A stretch of 64,000 nucleotides of DNA, taken from Minisyncoccota bacterium. Its GTDB lineage: Bacteria > Patescibacteriota > Minisyncoccia > Phycocordibacterales > UBA9973. Shown here one piece after another: positions 37,216-46,574 of this stretch; within the stretch, counting starts at the first letter, position 1, and each line of letters opens with the position of its first letter. Location of the stretch: contig JBAZQY010000001.1 of the NCBI GenBank assembly GCA_041663185.1, positions 19,448 to 83,447 on the forward strand, read 5' to 3'. The translations under genes were made by a program, and so were the position numbers. Under the pieces are notes generated by a model that saw only the letters and a list, made by a program, of their open reading frames with translations, was not told the origin of the DNA and ran no database searches.

Positions 37216-39138
37216 CTATTTCACCACTCGCGCATTTGCTGGTAAGAAATTGGAAACATTCAACAATAATGTAGTAATTGGGCCACGAGTACTTTTGATT
37301 AAAACATTTGCGAATGTATCTGTCCCTGAGAGATACACCTCTTTCATAAGCTGAGGCACACTACCGACTTGTGATAATGATGGTTTAATAGAAATATAGA
37401 AAGAAGCTTCACTATTTGAATTTATTCCGGTGTTCGGATTCACTTGCCCAATATTCCAAGTCACTTCACGTGTTACTTCATTATAAGTAACATTTTCATT
37501 TTCCCCAGATGTTATACCAACCCATTTAATATATATCGGTAAAGCAGCATGGGCTTGAGCCTGATTTATGTTATTTGTTGAATTTGAAAGTGTCCAAGTC
37601 ACAGCGTACGTTGTCTCCGTTTCAGCTTTTGGAGGCATGCTTCCTGAAACGTATGTTGCTGATGAGACAATCTGGAAATCAGATAATATTTTTACAATTT
37701 TTTCAGAAAAATTATTGACATCATCATATGTCGAGCCAAGTTGTGGTTGCCTACCCTTAATACTTACCTTAAGAGAAACTTGTGGATCTTTTATGGTATT
37801 GGTTAGACCAACATAAGAAGGAACTTTGAAACTAAATGAGACTTCTCCCGTTTCGCCTGGATTTATTTCTGCTAGATTAGGAATAGAATTCTTGTCCCAG
37901 ATAATTTGATTGTTGGCAGAGTCATAAAAACCATTTGAAGGTTTAACCATATCCTTGTCGAAAGAATTACCAGATAGTCCTACAATAATTTGTCCGTCAG
38001 TAATAAGCGTCGATAGATTATTTGCCCAAGCAACAGCAACATCTACCTCCTCTCCACCAGAAACTGCATACTCGGGAAGATCTTGGCTGTTCACTAATAT
38101 ACGAGCTTCAAGGAATGGTCTCGCAATTACAACTTTCTGTAATACTGAACTATAGATAACATTAATAACGGATTGGTTCATTTCTCCAGTAGCCCCCGCA
38201 TACGCATGAAAAACTTGTTCGTCTCCATCTTGACCAACCAAGCGCCCTCTAACTTCGACAACAATAGGGTCTTCTGCTGTTAGGGTGGATAAATCCCAAA
38301 AAGAATTTCCAAGAGTCGGCATTGGAATAGCACTTTCAAAAATAAAATTATTTGGATATGTTATTTGAAGCATTGGATTCTCATCTGGTAGAGAAGTATT
38401 GAGAGTTGCCGTAACCTTAAAAGAAATTGGTTGATTGGCTGTCGCACTTGATGGTCCATCCATTATCAAAGAAAGCGGAGCCAAGCTGATTGTTACAGGA
38501 TAAAATTTATCTTTAGTAAAAATTGCATTTGACCCCTGAGGATGATACTCTAAACCAATTTTAATATTGCGAATGGATTTCTCTTCTCCAAAAAGTTTTA
38601 CTTTAACATTACGAATAACACTTTCCCCGGGTTTAATTGTTCCAATCGCATCACGAGGCAATCGGACAACATCTGTAACATTATCTTCCGCTCCCTTCGG
38701 GTATTCGATAATTAAATTTGCAAGTTCTAGATTTGCATTATTTTTATTTGTAATCTCAATTTGTAGAGGCAATTCATCCCCACCTTTAGTAAAAGCATTT
38801 CCAATAACAACAATATCTATTTTGTCATTTGAAACCGAGACATCATTACTGTAGAATTTATAAAAAGCAAAACCCAATGCTCCAACAAAAAAAATGGCCG
38901 AGGCAATAAAAAATTTCTTAAATACTGATTTCTTTGGTTGCTTAAATTTATTATTCATATTATCATCCTTTCTCGTCTGATCATCACTCCACTTTTCGTT
39001 CACTTCATGATTAACTTGATGTAACACTCCTTCTCGGTCATGAACCATCGATGGATCATTTGGATCATAAAGATGCATTTTTATATCTTCAATTTTATTT
39101 TTCCTTTCTTCTACCATACTCTCCTTATTATAGCACAA
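37216..39138 (-). CDS. Large bitopic membrane protein with extracytoplasmic beta-rich domains, unknown function
   Basis: Cytoplasmic N-terminus of about 70 aa, one TM (FFIASAIFFVGALGFAFY), then about 550 aa of extracellular repeats. Confidence 0.5.
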   Translation of the reverse strand: MCYNKESMVEERKNKIEDIKMHLYDPNDPSMVHDREGVLHQVNHEVNEKWSDDQTRKDDNMNNKFKQPKKSVFKKFFIASAIFFVGALGFAFYKFYSNDVSVSNDKIDIVVIGNAFTKGGDELPLQIEITNKNNANLELANLIIEYPKGAEDNVTDVVRLPRDAIGTIKPGESVIRNVKVKLFGEEKSIRNIKIGLEYHPQGSNAIFTKDKFYPVTISLAPLSLIMDGPSSATANQPISFKVTATLNTSLPDENPMLQITYPNNFIFESAIPMPTLGNSFWDLSTLTAEDPIVVEVRGRLVGQDGDEQVFHAYAGATGEMNQSVINVIYSSVLQKVVIARPFLEARILVNSQDLPEYAVSGGEEVDVAVAWANNLSTLITDGQIIVGLSGNSFDKDMVKPSNGFYDSANNQIIWDKNSIPNLAEINPGETGEVSFSFKVPSYVGLTNTIKDPQVSLKVSIKGRQPQLGSTYDDVNNFSEKIVKILSDFQIVSSATYVSGSMPPKAETETTYAVTWTLSNSTNNINQAQAHAALPIYIKWVGITSGENENVTYNEVTREVTWNIGQVNPNTGINSNSEASFYISIKPSLSQVGSVPQLMKEVYLSGTDTFANVLIKSTRGPITTLLLNVSNFLPANARVVK

Positions 39139-39143
39139 AAATC

Positions 39144-39728
39144 CTATAACTGACTTTCATTTAAGGCATTGTTTATATGGGCAATTATGGATTGACGTTC
39201 TTTGAGTAAGACCTCTATTTTACTTTGATCAAATGCAGATGAGAGATATTTTTCGAGAATTGCTGAGTCACCTATGTATCCCAAACTATTTAGAATCCGC
39301 AAGACTAGGTGTAATTCAAGAGCTTCTCGAGATTGCGAAGAAACATTTTCATCATCTAATAAATAGAGGGCTTGAATGAAATCATTAAAAATATTTTCAT
39401 TTGGGCTCTCTCCATGACAAAGTCTCTCGAGCAAGTTACTAACTCGCATTATTAAAACAAGTGATGCGGTATTACTTCTTGCTAGGGAGAAAGAAGAAAT
39501 ATGTCTGGCTGAAGTCACTCGCCAAATTTCTTTCCCTCTAACTAAGTCGACATTTACATAAGAAAAATCCTGCAAAGTAAAACGGAGTTTTGATTTATGA
39601 AATCGTACCCCTTGAGCAACAGCTTTGATGAGGCCCAACTCGCGAGTATAAATCGTGAGCATTTTATTGGCTTCGCCGGTATTGCGAGACGAAAGTATAA
39701 ATCCATGAGTGTGGTGTATGTGATGCAT
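39144..39728 (-). CDS. recO: DNA repair protein RecO (His-rich N-terminus)
   Basis: RecO OB-fold pattern GFILSSRNTGEANKMLTIYTRELGLIKAVAQGVR. Confidence 0.7.
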   Translation of the reverse strand: MHHIHHTHGFILSSRNTGEANKMLTIYTRELGLIKAVAQGVRFHKSKLRFTLQDFSYVNVDLVRGKEIWRVTSARHISSFSLARSNTASLVLIMRVSNLLERLCHGESPNENIFNDFIQALYLLDDENVSSQSREALELHLVLRILNSLGYIGDSAILEKYLSSAFDQSKIEVLLKERQSIIAHINNALNESQL

Positions 39729-39765
39729 TTGAGATAATTACTAATTACCAATTACTAATGACTAA

Positions 39766-40329
39766 TTATTTCATCATTTTTAATAATGCTTCTAGGGCTT
39801 GTGATAATTCAAAACATTTTTCATCTGGTGATAAATGGCCTCCGCCTGGAATTGGAACTAAATTACCAGAAACTTTTTCAGTTAAATATCCTGCATCATA
39901 AAATGAAACCACATTATCACTATCCCCATGGATTACTGTAAAATTTTTACATGTACTTTTTATATGATCAAAATCAAATGCACCATCTAAAAAAGCATTA
40001 ACTTGTTCATATCCATCTTTTTCTATTTTGGCTATTGGCCCCGAGACTAATACAGCCCCTCCGATTTTAGAATCTTTATCTAAAAATTCTAAATACCGCA
40101 AAATAGCCGGAACTCCCAAAGAATGCCCTACTAAAAATATTCCCTCGTTTGGTACTCCGACAGCTTCACTAATGGTTTTTATCCATTCACTTTTTATGGG
40201 GTTATCTGGTGTAGGCATTGGCAAAGAACATGCATATACTCCATGTTCAGCAAGTCCATTCATAAGCCATGATTTCCATCCACCATTCGGAGTCCCCATA
40301 AACCCATGTACAATAAATACTTTTTTCAT
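39766..40329 (-). CDS. Alpha/beta hydrolase (serine hydrolase)
   Basis: Nucleophile elbow GHSLG (LVGHSLGVPAI). Confidence 0.7.
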   Translation of the reverse strand: MKKVFIVHGFMGTPNGGWKSWLMNGLAEHGVYACSLPMPTPDNPIKSEWIKTISEAVGVPNEGIFLVGHSLGVPAILRYLEFLDKDSKIGGAVLVSGPIAKIEKDGYEQVNAFLDGAFDFDHIKSTCKNFTVIHGDSDNVVSFYDAGYLTEKVSGNLVPIPGGGHLSPDEKCFELSQALEALLKMMK

Positions 40330-40330
40330 A

Positions 40331-40969
40331 TTATATTTCTTCTTCTTTCCCTATTTCTAATTTTATAAAATTAATATTATCTTCTTTCAAAAGTTTTTCG
40401 GGAATTCTCCATGTAAAAGTTGCAAAATCTTGCATTATCGCATCATGTACTGGGAAACAAATTCTTGGTCTTATATTTTTCGCGTAATCAATTGCATCTT
40501 TCATTTTCATCCAAGGCCCAGCTACAGGAAGTGCGAGTATATCTACATCGGTATCTGGATAATTAAATGAATCTCCGCCATAACATAAATTATCTATCAT
40601 ATAACCAGTATTTTGTACTACTCCATACTCTCGATAAATTTCTGCGTGAGCATTACCAAATCCAATAATATTTACACCCGAAACTCCATATCTTTCCCCT
40701 TCCTCAACTTTTATATACACTATTTCTTCCTTATCAAGAATTTTACCAACAACTGTATTCGTGATAACAATTGCATTTGGATTATTTCCAAGAACTTTTT
40801 TTAATGAATCAATATGTAAATGATCACTGTGTTCATGAGTAATTAAAATAGCATTAATATTTTTTTCTTCAACCTGTAACACTGAAAAGGCCCCCGGATC
40901 AGTCATAATTCTGACTCCATCTTTAGGTTCTACAACAAAACAACAATGTCCTAATTTCTTAACTTTCAT
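40331..40969 (-). CDS. MBL-fold metallo-hydrolase
   Basis: HxHxDH motif ILITHEHSDHLH. Confidence 0.75.
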   Translation of the reverse strand: MKVKKLGHCCFVVEPKDGVRIMTDPGAFSVLQVEEKNINAILITHEHSDHLHIDSLKKVLGNNPNAIVITNTVVGKILDKEEIVYIKVEEGERYGVSGVNIIGFGNAHAEIYREYGVVQNTGYMIDNLCYGGDSFNYPDTDVDILALPVAGPWMKMKDAIDYAKNIRPRICFPVHDAIMQDFATFTWRIPEKLLKEDNINFIKLEIGKEEEI

Positions 40970-40999
40970 TCTTTAATTATACCACAACCAAAAATCTCT

Positions 41000-43900
41000 T
41001 TATTTCTCAATAGTTATTTTAAAGACAATTTCTCCTGTTTTTATTTCTTCTCCGGTATTTCCCTTGAATTGTATTTCTTTTGCACTTACTGCTTTCATTA
41101 ATTCAGATTTAAATTTATTTATCAATTCTTGCCCTTCAGTATTTGTCTCAACAATAAGGGTAACAACATCACTAGGATTTAATCCATTATTTTTTCTGAT
41201 ATCTTGAATAGCTCGAACAAGTTCACGATACTGCCCTTCTTTCTTTAATTCCGGAGTTATATTTGTATCAAGTTCAACTTTTTGTTCGTCCCCCTTGATA
41301 AATTCAACTTCCTTAATATTTAACTCATCTTTAAGAATTTCCTGATAATCAATTGGTAATTGGTAATTGGTAATTAGTAATTTACTAAGTGGTTGCCTAA
41401 CGGGGATACCCTCTTTTTGCCTTGCTTGTAAACCAAGTGTAACAATATCACGAGCCTTTTGCATTTCTTCAATAATTTTTAATTCTTCATTGTTAATTCT
41501 TAATTCATTCTCAGGCCATTCTGCTAAATGCACACTCTCCTCATCTTTTTCATTTTTTAATTTCTGCCAAATATCCTCACTAGCAAATGGAGTAAACGGC
41601 GCCATTAATTTAATTAATGTTTTTAGAACATAGTAAAGAGTAATTTTTGCTTGTTCTTCTCCTTCTTTTATTCTGTCGCGTGAGCGACGTAGATACCAAG
41701 TTGAAAGATCATCAATAAAATCACGAATTGCTCGCACCGGTTCAAGAAGTTTGTAGTCATCTAATTTTTGTGTGCATTCATCGGTTAATTCCGTCAATCT
41801 TGCTATTATCCATTGATCTAAAATGTTATCTGATTTTTTGTATTCAATATTTTCTAACTCTATATCGCGATATAGTTCATAAAAAGCTAGCACGTTGTAA
41901 AGCAGATTAAATACCTTACTGTGAAGTTCCGCCACAGTCTTTTCATCAAAGTTTTTTGATTCCCCAGGTTGATTAACTGCATACATCCACAAGCGCAAAG
42001 TATCAACTCCATATTTGTCCATCATGGACCATGGGTCAACAATATTTCCGAGCGACTTACTCATCTTCTTCCCTTTTGCATCAAGTAAATGTCCTAAACA
42101 AATAACATTCTTGTACGCTTTACCTTTACCCATAATTGCTCCAACTGCATGAAGTGTATAGAACCATCCACGTGTCTGATCAATCGCTTCTGAAATAAAG
42201 TCGGCTGGGTACCCACCTCCTTTTTCAATTAAGTCTTTATTCTCAAAAGGATAATGATCTTGAGAGAATGGCATCGTTCCTGAATCAAGCCAAACATCCA
42301 TCACCTCCTTTACTCGAACAAGATTCCCCCCACAATCACAAGTAAGTTCTACTTCATCAATAAATGGTTTATGCAAATCAAGTTCATAATCTTCATTATG
42401 GGGGATAGCTACAAAATTATATTCTTCAAAATTTCCAAAATCTACAGGGTCCTCTTTCCAGTTTTTCCAAGCTGTCTTGACATCATCTCCATTAAGAATT
42501 GACGGTAACACTTCAAAAACTATCCCGTGAGCAACAAAAAGAATGTTTTCGCCTGAATACTTTGATTCCATCTCATAAATAAAATTAGCCACACGCTTTT
42601 TTGCTTCATAACATGATTCACCACCTTCCGGAGGAGTAAAAAAATCTTCGTGTTTCTTTCTCCATTCATTATAATCAGTTTTTGATTTACCATTATAAAT
42701 ACCGAAATTATATTCATGTAATCTTTCATCAGTAATTATTTGTTCCCTGGAAAAACCAATTACATCAGCAACAATTTTTGCTGTCTCTTGTGTTCGGATA
42801 AATGGGGATACAAATATTTTTGTAATTTTTTTATTTCGCAATTTCTCTGCCATTTCTTTTACATATTTTTTACCATTTTCAGTTAAATGATGAGGAAGAT
42901 TTGGATCACCCCCACTACAAACATTCAAAATGGTATGTTCCCCTTCTCCATGCCTCATTCCAAAATATTTATTCCCTGATCTTTTGGTTTTAGATTTTAA
43001 ATCTTCAACACTTCCAATAACTTCAACTTTATTGCATTTATCACAAGTCCAAACAGGAAGTGGGCTCCCCCAATAACGCTCACGAGAAATTGCCCAGTCT
43101 TTAATTTCTCTTAGCCATTCACCAAAACGTCCTTCTTTGATATAAGCTGGTTCCCAATTTATTCCTTCATTTTCTTTCACGAGTTTATCTCGCAACTGTG
43201 ACATCCTAATATACCAAGAGTCACGAGCATAATAGATAAGCGCCGTGTGACATCGCCAACAATGTGGGTATGAGTGCTCATATTTTTCTTTCTTAAATAA
43301 AAGTCCTCTATGAGCCAAATCTTTAATTATATCAACAGCGACTTCTTCATCGCGAACAAATCTAAAACTTAAATCTAAATCACCTTGTTTCATTTCAGAA
43401 TAAAAAGTTCCATTCAATCCCACTAAATGATGTTTAGGTAAATTTAATTTATTCCCTAAGGTGAAGTCATCCTGTCCGTACATTACAGCTGTATGCACAA
43501 CACCTGTACCATCTTCTGTGGTCACAAAATCAGCTGGGTATATTTTATAAGCATTAACCATTTTAGCTGATTCTGTTTGATTTTGTCTTATTTCATTTTC
43601 TAAAAAAGAATACAGCGGTTCATATTCAAGACCAATTAAATCTTTACCCTTAATATCATCGTACACAATTTCTATTTTTTGGTCTTCAAATACATTCTCA
43701 ACACGTGCACTAGCAAGAATATATAATTCAGAAACCCCATCAACTCGTAATGCTGTATAAGAAATATTTTCACCAACAGCTAAAGCTACATTGCCTGGTA
43801 GTGTCCACGGAGTTGTAGTCCAAGCTAGAATATATGCAGAATCTTTTGTTTCTTTATTGCCGCCATATTTTTGACCTGATTTCAATTTTAATTTCACATA

Positions 43901-44533
43901 CACCGACAAATCTTTTACATTTTCATATCCTTGGGCAAGTTCGTGCGAAGAAAGTCCTGTCCCGCAACGAGGACACCAAGGCACAACTTTATAATCTTTA
44001 TAAAGTAATTTTTGTTTGTCAGCTTCTTTGATAACATTCCAAACCGACTCAATATAATCATTATGATAAGTCACATAAGGATTTTCTTGATCAACCCAAA
44101 AACCAATTCGTTCGGTAAATTTATTCCAATATTCCAAATATTCCCAAACACTTTCTTTACATTGCTGGTTAAATTTTGCTATTCCATATTCCTCAATTGC
44201 TTTCTTTGAAGAGAGCCCGAGTTTCTTCTCAACTTGAAGTTCAACTGGTAAACCGTGCGTATCCCATCCACCTTTTCGGCGGACATGATAACCTCGCATA
44301 GTTTTGTATCGTGGAATAACATCCTTGAATGCTCTAGCTTCTAAATGATGTATCCCTGGTTTACCATTGGCAGTCGGTGGCCCTTCATAAAAAACATACT
44401 CACCCTTGGATGCATCTTTTTCTAAACTCTTTTTGAATATTTCCTGCTCTTTCCAAAACTGTAAAACTGCCTCCTCTCGTAAGGCAGATGCTGACTTTTT
44501 TGCTTCATTTTCATTTTCTGACATATTTCTCAT
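41000..44533 (-). CDS. ileS: Isoleucyl-tRNA synthetase with an in-frame insertion of a histidine-phosphatase (phosphoglycerate-mutase family) domain
   Basis: IleRS N-terminus (PPTANGKPGIHH, WDTHGLPVE), CP1 editing domain (TTPWTLPGN), KMSKSLGN. The insertion at about aa 515-718 (nt about 42380-42991) carries RHGE, SPFIRTQETA and VAHG. Confidence 0.9.
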   Translation of the reverse strand: MRNMSENENEAKKSASALREEAVLQFWKEQEIFKKSLEKDASKGEYVFYEGPPTANGKPGIHHLEARAFKDVIPRYKTMRGYHVRRKGGWDTHGLPVELQVEKKLGLSSKKAIEEYGIAKFNQQCKESVWEYLEYWNKFTERIGFWVDQENPYVTYHNDYIESVWNVIKEADKQKLLYKDYKVVPWCPRCGTGLSSHELAQGYENVKDLSVYVKLKLKSGQKYGGNKETKDSAYILAWTTTPWTLPGNVALAVGENISYTALRVDGVSELYILASARVENVFEDQKIEIVYDDIKGKDLIGLEYEPLYSFLENEIRQNQTESAKMVNAYKIYPADFVTTEDGTGVVHTAVMYGQDDFTLGNKLNLPKHHLVGLNGTFYSEMKQGDLDLSFRFVRDEEVAVDIIKDLAHRGLLFKKEKYEHSYPHCWRCHTALIYYARDSWYIRMSQLRDKLVKENEGINWEPAYIKEGRFGEWLREIKDWAISRERYWGSPLPVWTCDKCNKVEVIGSVEDLKSKTKRSGNKYFGMRHGEGEHTILNVCSGGDPNLPHHLTENGKKYVKEMAEKLRNKKITKIFVSPFIRTQETAKIVADVIGFSREQIITDERLHEYNFGIYNGKSKTDYNEWRKKHEDFFTPPEGGESCYEAKKRVANFIYEMESKYSGENILFVAHGIVFEVLPSILNGDDVKTAWKNWKEDPVDFGNFEEYNFVAIPHNEDYELDLHKPFIDEVELTCDCGGNLVRVKEVMDVWLDSGTMPFSQDHYPFENKDLIEKGGGYPADFISEAIDQTRGWFYTLHAVGAIMGKGKAYKNVICLGHLLDAKGKKMSKSLGNIVDPWSMMDKYGVDTLRLWMYAVNQPGESKNFDEKTVAELHSKVFNLLYNVLAFYELYRDIELENIEYKKSDNILDQWIIARLTELTDECTQKLDDYKLLEPVRAIRDFIDDLSTWYLRRSRDRIKEGEEQAKITLYYVLKTLIKLMAPFTPFASEDIWQKLKNEKDEESVHLAEWPENELRINNEELKIIEEMQKARDIVTLGLQARQKEGIPVRQPLSKLLITNYQLPIDYQEILKDELNIKEVEFIKGDEQKVELDTNITPELKKEGQYRELVRAIQDIRKNNGLNPSDVVTLIVETNTEGQELINKFKSELMKAVSAKEIQFKGNTGEEIKTGEIVFKITIEK

Positions 44534-44793
44534 ATTACCAAAAAATCTTGCATTTTAAAAGACAGAAGAATAGAATTAATTCAATAGATGATCTTTCCTG
44601 TTCGGGGATGATATTCGCTTCTGTCTCACCTTATCATTTCCCGAAAATACATGCGGCCGCCATGGTCTTTTCCATCTCACCTAAAGTTCCAGGGGGAATT
44701 ATGGGTGTAGGCTCCAAGCATTTTGCTTGGAGCCGTTTTTATTTATTAATTTTTACCAAACTAACGCTATAGCAATGAATTGGTAAAATTGTT

Positions 44794-45390
44794 TTAATAT
44801 ACCTCTTTTTGATAGCAACTTTCACAATAAATAATTTCCGGTCTTTCTGGTGCATACGATGTTTCAAATTCATTCGTGCAACCTTCATTCATACACTTCC
44901 TGTGCCAAAGCTTAGACGGACCCCTAAGTTTGAAACGCTTTTCCAATCTACAAAGAAAACAGCTTCTAGGGATTGGGATTTTCCATTTTCTATAAAAAGA
45001 AAGTTCATCCACTATTATTTTATAATTTCTTTTGCAAATATCACATTCCAAAACTTCTTCTATTATTGAATCTAGAATATCTTCAATATCGTCTGGGATT
45101 TCAAATAAAGTAGTTTTCCCTTCCGTCTTCTGTATATTATTTTGCCAAACAAGTCCTTTTTTGAGAATTTCTTCTTTACTTAAAGGAAAAGAGAGCATGG
45201 CCATTGATTCATTGTAAGCAAATGGGGATTTATCCATTGGGAAAAATTCTCCCCACTCACCTGTATTTTTCATATGCTCGATAATTTTTTCTTTTAATTT
45301 AAAATATTCTTCTTTACTATATTGTTTATTAAAAATCATGTACTTGGAGTGTTTCAGTCCAGCACAACCAAAACATTCCTGACAAGACAT
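44794..45390 (-). CDS. Cysteine-rich hypothetical protein (multi-CxxC), paralog of the upstream gene
   Basis: N-terminal CQECFGCAG... KYMIFNKQYSKEEY matches the C-terminus of 45424-46461. Its C-terminal CxxC pairs match that protein's N-terminus. Confidence 0.5.
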   Translation of the reverse strand: MSCQECFGCAGLKHSKYMIFNKQYSKEEYFKLKEKIIEHMKNTGEWGEFFPMDKSPFAYNESMAMLSFPLSKEEILKKGLVWQNNIQKTEGKTTLFEIPDDIEDILDSIIEEVLECDICKRNYKIIVDELSFYRKWKIPIPRSCFLCRLEKRFKLRGPSKLWHRKCMNEGCTNEFETSYAPERPEIIYCESCYQKEVY

Positions 45391-45423
45391 ACAAAAGTCA
45401 GTATATGTAATGTCTAGATTTTT

Positions 45424-46461
45424 CTAGGAAGTCACAGTAAAAGAAGCTCGGTGGGAATGGTCAGGAGTCACACCTTCATAACACTGTTCTAACTCACCTC
45501 CAACAGACAAATCATAACTATTTTTTTGGACATCACCATTCTCAAGATATTTTGAATCTTCTGCTTTATGGGAATGAAAAACATATTTGGAATTTTTACT
45601 ATTAAACAAATTCTGTCCTTCACACTTAAAACAATTAATTTGATTTGCAAACTTATGCGGTTGTTTTAATAAAAATATATTAAATTCTTTCTTTGCTCTT
45701 TCTACTCCAGAATATGTGTCCAGCTTATATTCGTCAAGAATTTTTTCGTATTCTTTTTTTGTATATTGTTTATTTAGAATACAATATTTCTTTCCTTGAA
45801 GATTTGCGCACATAAAACAGTCTGTGCAACCTCGACATGAATAACAAAAACTACAATTAACTAAATTTGCAGATTGCTGAATATATTTTGATCCAAAACA
45901 CCTGTCACTATACATTACTTCATAAATACCCTCACTTTGATTAAATATTCCCATACAATCAACTCCATCTTTCATATTCCCTCCATATGAAAAATACATG
46001 CAGTTTTCCATTTTCCAGCAAACCATAGCCATATAACAATTTTTTCCATATGCAAAATCTTGAGTATATTCACAATTTACACTTCCTACATTGTTATCAT
46101 TGATTAAAGCTAGCGCTGGTACTTTTTGACGAAGTTCCGTAAATTGATCAAAAAAGGAGCGAGAAAAATCAAAATCCTGTCCATAACTTTTAGGATTCCA
46201 ATTGTCTCCCCACCAGCATTTATTACAATAAATTATTTGCGTTTTATCTGGAGAATAGATTGATATTATTTTTCTTTTACATAAATCACATTCACGATTA
46301 TAAAGAGAAAATTCATTCCTATATGCCAATCTTCTTTGGCTGCGACACTCAGGGCAAAAAGTCGGTGGAGGAACTTTAATTTTCTCATAAAATCCAAAAT
46401 CATCCAGCTCAATAGTAAAGTCATTTTTGCAGTTTTGGCATTGTTTTACTTCAGAATTCAT
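45424..46461 (-). CDS. Cysteine-rich hypothetical protein (four CxxC pairs plus a CxxCxxCxxCxxC cluster)
   Basis: CQNC, CPEC, CDLC, CNKC; NCSFCYSCRGCTDCFMCAN; KKYCILNKQYTKKEY. Confidence 0.5.
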   Translation of the reverse strand: MNSEVKQCQNCKNDFTIELDDFGFYEKIKVPPPTFCPECRSQRRLAYRNEFSLYNRECDLCKRKIISIYSPDKTQIIYCNKCWWGDNWNPKSYGQDFDFSRSFFDQFTELRQKVPALALINDNNVGSVNCEYTQDFAYGKNCYMAMVCWKMENCMYFSYGGNMKDGVDCMGIFNQSEGIYEVMYSDRCFGSKYIQQSANLVNCSFCYSCRGCTDCFMCANLQGKKYCILNKQYTKKEYEKILDEYKLDTYSGVERAKKEFNIFLLKQPHKFANQINCFKCEGQNLFNSKNSKYVFHSHKAEDSKYLENGDVQKNSYDLSVGGELEQCYEGVTPDHSHRASFTVTS

Positions 46462-46486
46462 ATATTAATTATAACACACACTTTCC

Positions 46487-46521
46487 ACAATCCCCCCAGA
46501 TAGGGCCTAAAGCCCTATCTG
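46487..46521. terminator. GC-rich perfect hairpin downstream of argS
   Basis: ccccccagatagggc-ctaaa-gccctatctgggggg, a 15-bp stem. No clean U-tract on the argS strand. Confidence 0.45.
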
Positions 46522-46574
46522 GGGGGATATTGATTTTTAATACCTATTTGTTACTTCTTACTTACTACTTTTTA

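Noticed and set aside
39737-41385. 18-bp inverted repeat pair flanking the alpha/beta-hydrolase and MBL genes as a possible composite transposon
   Set aside because: The repeat is low-complexity (taat/ttacc units), one arm lies inside the essential ileS CDS, and there is no transposase.
44651-44668. NotI/NcoI-like gcggccgccatgg suggesting a cloning-vector remnant
   Set aside because: It is an isolated 13-mer within a continuous native-looking leader, with no other vector-like sequence. It is probably coincidence.
44534-44793. T-box riboswitch upstream of ileS
   Set aside because: Alternative hairpins exist, but the conserved T-box antiterminator sequence and a specifier-loop context could not be identified by eye. 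It is kept only as a generic candidate leader.
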